Below the pieces are notes generated by a model. It made no database searches and had not been told where the DNA came from. It worked only from the letters and a program-made list of their open reading frames with translations. From an uncultured Rubrobacteraceae bacterium (lineage in GTDB: Bacteria; Actinomycetota; Rubrobacteria; Rubrobacterales; Rubrobacteraceae), in the NCBI GenBank assembly GCA_902806075.1, contig CADCVG010000086.1:5854-67334 (forward strand): a DNA stretch of 61,481 nucleotides. Direction: 5' to 3'. Every line of letters begins with the position of its first letter. Positions within the stretch are counted from its first letter, which is position 1. This document shows positions 9,843 through 18,858 of the stretch, piece by piece. Position numbers and translations under genes: made by a program.

Positions 9843-10430
9843 ATGAATAGAGACATACGGGAGAGAATCCGTTTCTTCCGCTCTTTCCTGGCGAATCCCA
9901 GGGCGGTTGGGGCGATCCTACCGACCAGCAGGCGGGCTGTACGGGACATGCTGGACATGGCAAACGTGGAGCAGGCCCGGGTAGTCGTCGAGCTTGGCGC
10001 GGGTACGGGAGTGTATACGGAGGAGGTCTTGAAGAGGCTTCGCCCCGACGCCCGTTTTCTGGCGGTCGAGATCGACCCGGACCTGGTCTCCACGCTCTCC
10101 GGGCGGTTCGACGATCCGCGGTTACGGATCATCCAGGGCTCGGCGGAGAGCGTCGAGGAGCACCTGGAAGGGGAGAAGGTGGACGTCATCGTCTCGGGCA
10201 TTCCGTTTACCTCGTTGCCGGTCTCGGTCAAGAATAATATCTTCAAGGAGATTACGCGGATTCTAGCCCCCGAAGGGGTTCTGGTGGCGATCCAATACTC
10301 CACGATGGTGCAGAGGGATCTCAACCGCTATTTCGCCTCGGTGCGGAGACGCTTCTCCCCTCTGAACGTCCCCCCGGCGTTCCTCTTCGCGTGTAGCGCG
10401 GCGACGCCACAGGAGGCCAACGGGCGATGA
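9843..10430 (+). CDS. pmtA: phospholipid N-methyltransferase (PmtA-like, class I SAM)
   Basis: FFRSFLANPRAVGAILPTS, SAM motif VVELGAGTG, VSGIPF, IQYS, NVPPA; overlaps psd. Confidence 0.75.
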   Translation: MNRDIRERIRFFRSFLANPRAVGAILPTSRRAVRDMLDMANVEQARVVVELGAGTGVYTEEVLKRLRPDARFLAVEIDPDLVSTLSGRFDDPRLRIIQGSAESVEEHLEGEKVDVIVSGIPFTSLPVSVKNNIFKEITRILAPEGVLVAIQYSTMVQRDLNRYFASVRRRFSPLNVPPAFLFACSAATPQEANGR

Positions 10431-11083
10431 TAACCAACAAAAGTTGGACGGTGGCCCGGCGCTACGTGACCGGACCTCTCGTCTTAGGCGGGGTATTGCT
10501 GCTCGCCGGATGGCGCAGGAGCGGTCTCACGGCCCTCGGGGCAGCCGGGGCATCCCTACTCTTCTTCCGGGATCCCGAGCGGCCGCTCGACCCGGACCCG
10601 GAGGTGGTCTACGCTGCGGCCGACGGGTTCATAACCGACGTCGAGGAGGCGCGGGAGGATTGGATCCCCGGCGGCAGCGCTTTGAGGATTAGCACGTTCC
10701 TCTCCATCCACAACGTCCACGTAAACCGCAGCCCCGTGGAGGGGAGCATCGTAAAGCAGGAGGAGCTAGAGGGCAGGTTCGTACCGGCCTTTTTGGGTGG
10801 CGCGAAGGAGGAGAACCACCAGAATCGAATCGCCATAGACGGCCCTAAAGGACGCGCGGTAGTAGTGCAGATAGCGGGCATGGTGGCCCGCAGGATCTCG
10901 CGCTGGGTGCAGACCGGCGAGAGCGTTACACAGGGACAGAGGATAGGGCTCATACACTTCGGCTCGCGCACGGACGTGCTCCTGCCAGCCGGCAGCGCCG
11001 ATCCACTCGTAAGCCCGGGAGACCGGGTAAGGGCCGGTGTCACTCCCCTGGCCCGCTACCGTAAGGGAGAGAACAGCGCATGA
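10427..11083 (+). CDS. psd: phosphatidylserine decarboxylase proenzyme
   Basis: FFRDPER, AADG, FLSIHNVHVNRSP, QIAGMVARRI, self-cleavage motif FGSRTD. Confidence 0.93.
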   Translation: MITNKSWTVARRYVTGPLVLGGVLLLAGWRRSGLTALGAAGASLLFFRDPERPLDPDPEVVYAAADGFITDVEEAREDWIPGGSALRISTFLSIHNVHVNRSPVEGSIVKQEELEGRFVPAFLGGAKEENHQNRIAIDGPKGRAVVVQIAGMVARRISRWVQTGESVTQGQRIGLIHFGSRTDVLLPAGSADPLVSPGDRVRAGVTPLARYRKGENSA

Positions 11084-11649
11084 AAGAGTACGTCTCTCTG
11101 GCCAACTTCCTGACCAGCGGCAGCCTGGTGGCAGGCTTCCTCTCCGTACTCCTAATCTTCCGCGACAACTTCGTCGCGGCGGCGGCCCTGATCGCCGTCG
11201 CCGCCGTCCTCGACGTCCTCGACGGGGCCGCGGCCCGCCGCAATGACAACGGAGATGACCCCTTCGGCACCAACCTCGACTCTTTAGCCGACGTGGTCTC
11301 CTTCGGAGCCGCCCCCGCCCTCGCGCTCTATATGGGCTCGCTCTATGCCCTGCCGATCGTCGGCCTCGGAGCCTGTCTCCTCTTCTTCCTGTGCGGGGCC
11401 TGGCGCCTGGCCCGGTTCTCGACGCGCAAGAACCCCTTCTTCTTCGTTGGCTGCCCCATACCGGGTGCGGGCGTCCTCGTCGCGTTGCTCGCCGCCTTCG
11501 GGGCGCCTCCATTCTTCGCCTTGCCAGTCGTCCTCATTTTAGGCGCCCTGATGATCGGCACGATGCCATTCCCAACCCTCTCTGGCTTGCGCAACCGCGA
11601 AGAGCTCTCCCAAGAGGTGGAAGAGTACCGCCAGACGCGCAACGCCTGA
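11080..11649 (+). CDS. pssA: CDP-diacylglycerol--serine O-phosphatidyltransferase
   Basis: CDP-alcohol phosphotransferase motif DVLDGAAAR...G..LDSLADVVSFGAAPA; RLARF; FVGCPIP. Confidence 0.88.
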   Translation: MKEYVSLANFLTSGSLVAGFLSVLLIFRDNFVAAAALIAVAAVLDVLDGAAARRNDNGDDPFGTNLDSLADVVSFGAAPALALYMGSLYALPIVGLGACLLFFLCGAWRLARFSTRKNPFFFVGCPIPGAGVLVALLAAFGAPPFFALPVVLILGALMIGTMPFPTLSGLRNREELSQEVEEYRQTRNA

Positions 11650-11681
11650 GCTGTTTCTAGTCCCCGCCGGTAGCTGGCCGG

Positions 11682-14123
11682 TTAAGTAACGACCAGATTT
11701 ACCAATCGCCCGGGCACGTAGATGCTCTTGCGGATCTGGCGCCCTTCTACGTGGGGCCGCACCTTCTCACTAGTGAGCGCAAGCTCTTTGGCGAGGTCTT
11801 CGGAGATGTCCGCCGGCGCCTCGATGCGGTCGCGCAGCTTGCCGTTGACCTGGACGATGAGCGTTACCTCTTCAGCCTCTATGAGGCTCTCGTCCCAAGT
11901 CGGCCACACCTGCTCGTGGGCCGAGTACGGCAGACCCATCAGCGCCCACATCTCCTCGGCGTGGTGCGGCGCGAGCGGCGCGAGTGCGAGCACAAACGTA
12001 CGCAACGCCTCCGCCCACTGGTCGTCCTCGACCTTGCCCTTGACCCCCAGCAAGTAGTTCGTGTGCTCCATGAGCGCCGCGAGCGCCGTGTTGAACCGGA
12101 ACGCCTCCAGGTCCTCGGTAACCTTTTTGACAAGCCTCGCCGTGCGGCGGTCGAGCTCTTTGGGGTCTGACTGGGCGCCCGAGGGGTCTCCTCCAGCCAC
12201 GAGCGAGTAGGCCCGCCTCAGAAAACGGGCGATGCCCTCAATGCCGCGCCCGTCCCACGGCCCGCCCTGGTTCCAGGGGCCGATGAACATCAGGAAGCAG
12301 CGCAGGGCGTCGGAGCCGTAGCGGTCCACGAGCTCCTGCGGGTTCACCACGTTGCCGCGGCTCTTGCTCATCTTCTCCGCGTCCTCACCCAGGATAATGC
12401 CCTGGTTAAAGAGCTTGAGCATAGGCTCGTCGAAGTCCACCAGGCCGAGGTCGCGCATGACTTTAGTGAAGAAGCGCGTGTAGAGCAGGTGCATGACGGC
12501 GTGCTCGATCCCGCCGGTGTACTGGTCCACCGGGAGCCACTCTCTGCCCCTCTCCGGATCGAACGGCCCCTCGTCGTAGTGCGGCGAGAGGTAGCGGTAC
12601 TGGTACCACGACGAGTCCATGAACGTGTCCATCGTGTCCGTCTCGCGCTCGGCGGGGCCGCCACAGATAGGACACGTGGTGTTGCGGAAGCCCTCGTCGA
12701 GCTTCAGCGGCGACTCGCCCGTTGGCATGAACTCCGCGTCCTCCGGCAAGAGGACGGGCAAGTCCTCTTCGGGGACGGGGACGGCGCCGTGTTCGGGGCA
12801 GTAGATGATCGGGATAGGGGTCCCCCAGTACCTCTGCCGCGAGATGAGCCAGTCCCTCAGACGGTAGGTAACGGCGGCCCTACCAACACCCCGCTCCTCC
12901 AGCCAGTCCGTAATTGCCTTCTTGCCTTGCGTACTCGGGGTGCCGTCGAAGCCGTCGGAGTTGACCATCATGCCCTCGCCGGGGTAAGCCTCGGTCAACT
13001 CTTTGCCGTTCCAGTCCCGCGGGGCGATGACCGTTCTGATCTCTATCCCGTACTTCCTCGCAAACTCGAAGTCGCGCTCGTCGTGGGCAGGTACGGCCAT
13101 GATGGCACCGGTCCCATAGCCGAGCAGGACGTAGTCGGCGGCGTAAACGGGTATCTCCTCCCCGTTCGCCGGGTTGACGGCGTACGCCCCGGTAAAGACG
13201 CCCGTCTTCTCTCGCGTCACGTCGGTCCGGTCGATCTCGGACATCCGCCCGGCATGTTCGACGTAGGCGCGAACCTCGTCCGCCTGCTCCAGCGTCGTGA
13301 TCTGCTCTACCGCCGGATGCTCGGGCGCCACGACGAAGAACGTCGCCCCGAAGAGCGTGTCCGGCCGCGTCGTGAAGACCTCGATAGGCTCGTAGCCCGG
13401 CACCTCGAACGCTATCTCGGCCCCTTCGGAGCGCCCGATCCAGTTCGTCTGCAGCGTCTTGACCCGCTCGGGCCAGTCTATCTTAGAGAAGTCAAGCAAC
13501 TCCTCGGCGTAGTCGGTGATCTTGAAGAGCCACTGCGCCAGGTTCTTCTTTATGACCGGCGTCCCGCACCGCTCGCACCGCCTGTCCACCCCCACGACCT
13601 GCTCACGCGCGAGCGTCGTGTTGTCCTTCGGGCACCAGTCTACCGGCGCCTCCTTGCGGTACGCGAGCCCCTTCTCGAAGAACTTGACGAAGAACCACTG
13701 GTTCCACCTGTAGTACTCGGGATCGCAGGTGACGATCTCGGAGTCGGTGTCGAACATCGCCCCCATCTGCCGAAGCTGGCCGCGCATGTTCTCTATGTTT
13801 GACATCGTCCACTTGTACGGATGGATACCTCTGTTTATCGCCGCGTTCTCCGCGGGGAGCCCGAAGGCGTCGAAGCCTATTGGGAAGAAGACCCGGTACC
13901 CGTTCATCCGCATGAAGCGCGCCCGGCTATCTGACGGGGTCATCGCGTACCAGTGGCCGACGTGCAAGTCACCACTCGGGTATGGGAGCATCGTGAGCGC
14001 GTAGTGTTTAGGCTTGTTCGGATCATCGTCGGTCTTGTACAGGTCCGTCTCGGCCCACCGCTCCTGCCAGCGGTGCTCCAGAACCGTAGGATTGTAGGTC
14101 TGCTTTTCGGTTGCCTCGCTCAC
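11682..14123 (-). CDS. leuS: leucine--tRNA ligase
   Basis: [11 protein letters not shown] (HIGH), FTTRPDT and AVPAHDERD editing domain, [13 protein letters not shown]. Confidence 0.98.
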   Translation of the reverse strand: MSEATEKQTYNPTVLEHRWQERWAETDLYKTDDDPNKPKHYALTMLPYPSGDLHVGHWYAMTPSDSRARFMRMNGYRVFFPIGFDAFGLPAENAAINRGIHPYKWTMSNIENMRGQLRQMGAMFDTDSEIVTCDPEYYRWNQWFFVKFFEKGLAYRKEAPVDWCPKDNTTLAREQVVGVDRRCERCGTPVIKKNLAQWLFKITDYAEELLDFSKIDWPERVKTLQTNWIGRSEGAEIAFEVPGYEPIEVFTTRPDTLFGATFFVVAPEHPAVEQITTLEQADEVRAYVEHAGRMSEIDRTDVTREKTGVFTGAYAVNPANGEEIPVYAADYVLLGYGTGAIMAVPAHDERDFEFARKYGIEIRTVIAPRDWNGKELTEAYPGEGMMVNSDGFDGTPSTQGKKAITDWLEERGVGRAAVTYRLRDWLISRQRYWGTPIPIIYCPEHGAVPVPEEDLPVLLPEDAEFMPTGESPLKLDEGFRNTTCPICGGPAERETDTMDTFMDSSWYQYRYLSPHYDEGPFDPERGREWLPVDQYTGGIEHAVMHLLYTRFFTKVMRDLGLVDFDEPMLKLFNQGIILGEDAEKMSKSRGNVVNPQELVDRYGSDALRCFLMFIGPWNQGGPWDGRGIEGIARFLRRAYSLVAGGDPSGAQSDPKELDRRTARLVKKVTEDLEAFRFNTALAALMEHTNYLLGVKGKVEDDQWAEALRTFVLALAPLAPHHAEEMWALMGLPYSAHEQVWPTWDESLIEAEEVTLIVQVNGKLRDRIEAPADISEDLAKELALTSEKVRPHVEGRQIRKSIYVPGRLVNLVVT

Positions 14124-14238
14124 TCGGTCTCCTTCTAGTACGCGCTCAAGGTGATTTTAGAGCATGATTACGAAACGGTCTCCGCACGAGAAGCGATGTT
14201 CGTGATTCGATGCTCGGGGACTTCGGTGACGACGTTGG

Positions 14239-14254
14239 TCGAACACCAGTTTGA
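14239..14254. promoter_or_regulatory. putative LexA (SOS) box
   Basis: TCGAAC-ACCA-GTTTGA, one mismatch to the actinobacterial consensus TCGAAC-N4-GTTCGA, in the leuS/cupin divergent intergenic region. Confidence 0.45.
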
Positions 14255-14340
14255 GTACAGCTTTGACCAGTTGGTGACGAACCGTGTACAGTACTCTTAC
14301 CGTTTGACGAACCTGGTGTTAGCGGAAATTATGAGGGGAA

Positions 14341-14880
14341 ATGGTTATGGTTGGAGCGGGAAGCCCACGCGCGCGCATCGTACTGTCGCCGGAGGAGGGC
14401 GAGATGGTGTGGCTCGGTGGTTTCGGCGTACGGTTCATGATCGACGGAAAGGAGACCGGGGAGACCTTCGCTCTCGTCGAGCACCCAATCGAGCCGCACG
14501 TCCTCGCCGCGCCTGTGCATACACACCAGTACGAGGACGAGTACACCTACGTGCTTGAGGGCGAGGTCGGCGTACAGGTCGGGGACGAGGTCCGCGTCGC
14601 ACGGCCCGGAGACCTCATCTTCAAGCCCCGTCACGTGCCGCACGCCTTCTGGAACGCGGGCGATGCGCCGGCGCGGGCGCTCGAGATCATCTCCCCCGCG
14701 GGCTTCGAGCGGTACTTCGCGGAGATTGCGGCCCTACTCCCCCCAGCTCACGTTGGCCCGCCCGACGAACAGGCACTCGGCGCCGTCATGGTCAGGTATG
14801 GGCTGGAGATGGACATTAGCTCTATACCCCTGCTCGTGGAACGCTACGGACTTGTCTCAGGTGAAGCGCCCCAGGCTTGA
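14341..14880 (+). CDS. cupin domain protein (quercetinase-like metal site)
   Basis: PVHTHQYEDEYTYVLEGE and PGDLIFKPRHVPHAFWN cupin motifs; SPAGFERYF. Confidence 0.85.
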   Translation: MVMVGAGSPRARIVLSPEEGEMVWLGGFGVRFMIDGKETGETFALVEHPIEPHVLAAPVHTHQYEDEYTYVLEGEVGVQVGDEVRVARPGDLIFKPRHVPHAFWNAGDAPARALEIISPAGFERYFAEIAALLPPAHVGPPDEQALGAVMVRYGLEMDISSIPLLVERYGLVSGEAPQA

Positions 14881-14954
14881 GACTTCGCTCCTCAACTATC
14901 CGCCCAGCCGCAAGAGAACGCTAAACCGGGGAGCAACCAGGAGTATTCATTCGG

Positions 14955-15650
14955 TCACACGAAGGCCAAAACCAGACCGGCAGCGACGAGCGTGCAGAGG
15001 ACGTTTGTGACCTCGTTGCCGATACGTGGCGTGAGCGCACCGAGGAGGCTATCTACCACCGTCCCGAAGAACGCCGCTCCCGCCACGATGAACGTCACGC
15101 CAGGCCCAGGCACGAGCCCGAGCGTGAGCCCCAGAAGCGCGGTAATGCCGGCGGCGGTGATGCCGGCGAGCGTCCCCGGTACAGAGACCGCACCGTCCAT
15201 GCCGGGCGGGACTTTTCGCAGGGTGGTGATGAGGCGCGGGGTGCGTCGGGCGAGCTGCCCCACCTCGGATTCGGCCGTATCCGCGAAGGCCGCGCCCAGA
15301 GAGGCGACGAAGGCGGCGGCGAAGGCCTCAGAGGCGGTAAGCGCGGCGAAGAGAGCGCACGCTACCGCGACGCCACAGTTGGCGAGGGCGTTGCGGGCGC
15401 CGCGCCGGCCGCCGCGAGATTGGGCGATACCGCGTCCGTGTTTGCTCCGGTAGCCGAGCCGGGTGAGGATGGAACCGCCGACCACGAACAGGGCCAGAAC
15501 CGCGAACCCCTGCGGGCCGAGGCAGGCGTAGATCAAAGCTCCCACCACGAGCCCGCCCAGAGCGCCGCCCCGGCTCACCATCCCCAAGTGGTAGGCGAGC
15601 CCTGCGAAGGTGCCCGTCACCAGCGAAGCTTCGGCCAGGTCGCCGAACAC
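14955..15650 (-). CDS. DUF92 / TMEM19 family membrane protein
   Basis: GGRRGARNALANCG, ADTAESEVG, ITTLRKVPPGMDGAVS..GT, DSLLGA, NEVTN; start placed at the GTG overlapping the upstream stop (ORF track begins at 15707). Confidence 0.85.
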   Translation of the reverse strand: MFGDLAEASLVTGTFAGLAYHLGMVSRGGALGGLVVGALIYACLGPQGFAVLALFVVGGSILTRLGYRSKHGRGIAQSRGGRRGARNALANCGVAVACALFAALTASEAFAAAFVASLGAAFADTAESEVGQLARRTPRLITTLRKVPPGMDGAVSVPGTLAGITAAGITALLGLTLGLVPGPGVTFIVAGAAFFGTVVDSLLGALTPRIGNEVTNVLCTLVAAGLVLAFV

Positions 15651-16111
15651 TACGCCTCCAAAAGAGGCGCGAGGCGTTCGAGAAGCCTCCTCGCATAAGA
15701 CTCGCACTCACCCGGAAGGGCATGCAGTAAGGCGGGCTCGACTAGGCCGGCCTTGACGCCACCCTCCTTCAGACGCTCGACTCCCTGGTAGAGGAGCGAG
15801 CCGGAGAGCGGGCTTGGCCGTTCTGGAACCGCGACGACAACGCCGTAGAGGTGAGTTGCCTTCGCGCCGCCGGCCGGAGCGATAGCGTCTATGGCGTCCG
15901 GGCGGTCCTGGCCGACGACGAAGACGTGTACCCGCGACCCTTCGAGAGTCTCCGTGCTCCTCGTCGCCCGCAGGCTCTCCCAGAGGGCTGTCGCCCTGGT
16001 GTAGCCGGAGTCAAGCGCCGCCACGGAGAGCCCTGACCAGATCTTCTCAGCGACCCCGCGTGAGAGCGGGCTCTCGTAATCCACGAAGATGCCTACCCTC
16101 GGTTCCGGCAC
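15650..16111 (-). CDS. hypothetical protein
   Basis: 153-aa ORF abutting both neighbours with no intergenic gap; no recognised motif. Confidence 0.6.
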   Translation of the reverse strand: MPEPRVGIFVDYESPLSRGVAEKIWSGLSVAALDSGYTRATALWESLRATRSTETLEGSRVHVFVVGQDRPDAIDAIAPAGGAKATHLYGVVVAVPERPSPLSGSLLYQGVERLKEGGVKAGLVEPALLHALPGECESYARRLLERLAPLLEA

Positions 16112-16453
16112 CTACGTACCCGCCTCTCCCCTCTCGCGTTTCTCCAACCGCCGGATGAAGACGCCTATCTCCTTGACGGTCTGCAGGTCTCCGTTCCTCC
16201 CCGCTACCTCGCGCCCCTCATCGAAGACCCGGCGGGCCTCTGCATCCTCCCCGAGCTCGTAGAGCGCCCTGCCCAGCATCCTGTACGCGACCGAATAGTC
16301 CGGCTTGTTCTCTACGGCCCGGCTCAGGTGCTCTCTGGCCTCCGGATACTTCTTCTCCTTGAACAGTTCGTTGCCCAAAGAGTAGAGAACCATCGGGTTC
16401 TCCGGGTCCCTCTCGAGCAAATTACGGAACATCTCGGATCTCGACCCCTCCAC
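16112..16453 (-). CDS. tetratricopeptide repeat protein
   Basis: DPENPMVLYSLG...A...L.RAV...PDYSVAYRMLGRAL TPR pattern; GGAGG RBS. Confidence 0.85.
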   Translation of the reverse strand: MEGSRSEMFRNLLERDPENPMVLYSLGNELFKEKKYPEAREHLSRAVENKPDYSVAYRMLGRALYELGEDAEARRVFDEGREVAGRNGDLQTVKEIGVFIRRLEKRERGEAGT

Positions 16454-16531
16454 GCTGTACCTCCGGGTTGCGGCGCCTGCATTTGGACATTTTTAGCACG
16501 GTCGTACTCCGCCTGTTACAACAGGTGGCCG

Positions 16532-16864
16532 ATGGACGTAGAACCCCTACTCTAAGAGCTGTCCCGCTCGCCGGACCTCTCGCCCTTTGGCGGGATCGTC
16601 GAGCCCATTCTGGTATACGACCGGGAACGCCGGAGCGACCTGGTTCGTACCTTACAGGTTTACTTCGCCACCGGAGCCAACGCGAGCGAGGCGGCCGACC
16701 GCCTCTTCCTGCATCGCAACAGCATGCTCTACCGTCTCGCCCGCATCGAGAAGCTGACTGGTCTAGACTTGAAGGACCCCCGGGCGAGGCTGGCCCTCCA
16801 ACTCGGGCTGTTGTTCGTCAGTGAGCAAGAGAGGAGAGCAGACGATGAAGTTGAGCACCCGTAA
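16532..16864 (+). pseudogene. stand-alone PucR-type C-terminal HTH protein interrupted by an in-frame TAA
   Basis: Frame reads MDVEPLL*ELSRSPDL...YDRERRSDLVRTLQVYFATGANASEAADRLFLHRNSMLYRLARIEKLTGLDLKDP..RLALQLGL; TAA at 16553-16555; not in the ORF track. Confidence 0.8.
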
Positions 16865-17066
16865 CCGTCTCCCCGGCACTGTTACCGAAGTGGTCAAGGG
16901 AGAGGCGGCGGCCAAGGTAACCTTGCAGGTCGGGGACAACCACATGGTAGCCCTCATAACCCGCGAGAGCGCCGACGAGCTCGGTCTGGAGCCCGGCAAG
17001 CAGGTAACAGCCCTCGTAAAGGCCACGGACGTCATGCTCCTTACTGATGAGGGCGGGGTAGCTTAA
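16845..17066 (+). CDS. molybdate-binding TOBE protein (Mop/molbindin)
   Basis: MKLSTRNRLPG, ITRESADELGL, ALVKATDV; GAGGAG RBS before ATG 16845. Confidence 0.9.
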   Translation: MKLSTRNRLPGTVTEVVKGEAAAKVTLQVGDNHMVALITRESADELGLEPGKQVTALVKATDVMLLTDEGGVA

Positions 17067-17893
17067 CCTGCACGTTCCTCCGCCTTCCGGGTGAAGAACC
17101 GGGCGGCGAGGATGACGGCGAACGAGAAGCCCAGGACCAGTACGGAGAGCGCTACCGCAGCGTCGAAGTCGCTCTCAAGAGTGCCGTAGATGGCGAGCGG
17201 CAGGGTCTGCGTAACCCCCCGGAAGCTACCGGCGAAGATGATCGTGCCCCCAAACTCGCCCAGAGCGCGTGCCCAGGCGGTCACCGCCCCCGCCACCAGC
17301 GCCGGTAACGTCAAGGGTACGGTGATCTTTGCGAACACCCTGGCGCGGCTCGCCCCATCCACCATCGCCGCCTCCTCCACGTCTCGGTCTATCTGGGCAA
17401 AGCTCACAGCCGCCTGCCGCACGTAGAAGTGAGTAGCGACGAAGAGCTCGGCCAGCACGACCGCCGCCGTCGTGAAGCTGAGCTGTATGCCGAAGACAAG
17501 CAGATGCTCCCCGAGCAGTCCCATCCTCCCGAACGCGAGCAGCAGCGCTATCCCGGCGGCGCTCGGCGGCAAGACCGCCGGTATGTCCACCAGGGTGTTG
17601 ACCAACCGCTTCCCCGGAAACTCAGCCCGAGCCAGTACGAAGGCTGCAGGGGTACCGACGACGATCACGATCGTCATCGTTATAGCGGTTGTACGTACGC
17701 TAAGAAGCAGGGCGTCCCTCGCGACCGGAGAGGCCATCGCCCGCCAGGACCCTTCGCTTACCGTCCAGATGATCAAACTCAGTAGCGGCAGGCTGATGAA
17801 CCCCGCGAGCAGGGCGAGCGCGGCCACGGCGAAACCCGACGCGAGCCGGTCGGCCCCACCGCCACCGCCCAGACCTCTCTGCTTTAGCTTCAA
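17063..17893 (-). CDS. modB: molybdate ABC transporter permease (in-frame with modA in this sequence)
   Basis: DIPAVLPPSAAGIALLLAFGR, EAA loop (EEAAMVDGAS), WARALGEFGGTIIFAG, TQTLPLAIY; probable own TTG start at 17893. Confidence 0.88.
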   Translation of the reverse strand: MKLKQRGLGGGGGADRLASGFAVAALALLAGFISLPLLSLIIWTVSEGSWRAMASPVARDALLLSVRTTAITMTIVIVVGTPAAFVLARAEFPGKRLVNTLVDIPAVLPPSAAGIALLLAFGRMGLLGEHLLVFGIQLSFTTAAVVLAELFVATHFYVRQAAVSFAQIDRDVEEAAMVDGASRARVFAKITVPLTLPALVAGAVTAWARALGEFGGTIIFAGSFRGVTQTLPLAIYGTLESDFDAAVALSVLVLGFSFAVILAARFFTRKAEERAG

Positions 17894-18697
17894 ACCGCCC
17901 GCTGGAAGTTGTACCTCTCCAGCCTGGCCCTCATCGCTGAGCACGAAGTCTACCCACGCCCGCGCCAGCTCGGAGTTTGGCGAACTCTCTATGGGCGCTA
18001 TCGGGTAGGTAGCCAGCACGTTGAGGTTCTCTGGTATCTCCACGACCCGAACCCGCTCGCTGATGTCCTCGGTCACGTCGCTTGCGTATACGAACGTGGC
18101 GTCCGCCTCCCCCAGAGCGACCCTGTTCGCCGAGGCCCGCACGTTCGCCTCCTGGGAGGCTATCTTGTCGAGGACACTCTGATCGAAACCATCGCCGTAC
18201 TCGGAGTTGGCGTTAGCCAGCACCTCCTTTGCGTACTCTGCTATCGGTACCTTATCCTCCGCCAGCACCAACCGCGCATCGCCCTCGCCCAGGTCACGGA
18301 ACTCCTGTATCCCCGTCAGGTTGTTCGCCGGCACGATCACCACGGGAAGGTTCCTCGCAAATATATTCGGCTCCGCCACGAGTCCCTCCTCCAGGGCGGT
18401 CTCCATCTTCGCCTCGTCTGCCGAAGCGAAGACGTCGGCGGGTGCGCCCTGCTGAATCTGGGTGAGCAGGTCCGAGCTGCCGGCGAAGCTCATGCTTATG
18501 TCGACCCCCTGGTTCTGCTCCTCGAAGGTGGTCTCCAACTCCCCGAAGGCATCGGTGAGCGAAGAAGCCGCGAGCACGGTTAGCGTGGAAGCCTCTTCCT
18601 CCTGCCCTCCTCCTGAACCCTCGCCGCAACCAGCGACGCCCGTCACCGCGAGCAGCGCCAACACCAGACTCGCTAACATGCCACGGAACGAGCGCAC
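17890..18697 (-). CDS. modA: molybdate ABC transporter substrate-binding lipoprotein, frameshifted near its 3' end
   Basis: Lipobox VAGC, AASSLTDAF, FAGSS.L..QI.QGAPADVFASAD, GEADATFVYASD; native-looking C-terminus LERYNFQRAV* lies in a shifted frame (shift near 17923). Confidence 0.85.
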
Positions 18698-18800
18698 GAA
18701 ACCCTCATCATTACCGCCTCTCTGGCCACAGCCTACAGGCAGCCTATGCTAGAGAAGTACCGGCCTCGTTCTTCGGACAACATGCACAAAACTTCCCTAC

Positions 18801-18831
18801 GAAAAGGGACCCGGTCGACGACCGGGTCCCT
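18801..18831 (-). terminator. Rho-independent terminator
   Basis: Long inverted repeat AGGGACCCGGTC...GACCGGGTCCCT followed by a T-run on the minus strand, just after the transglycosylase stop. Confidence 0.75.
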
Positions 18832-18858
18832 GCGTAGTGCGAAGTCTCTACCCGAGAA

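Noticed and set aside
12489-13802. Long antisense ORF in leuS, and similar ones opposite gcvT, parB, pbpA, sdhA and the kinases
   Set aside because: Shadow ORFs expected from high GC3 codon bias; no motifs, and fully overlapping well-supported genes
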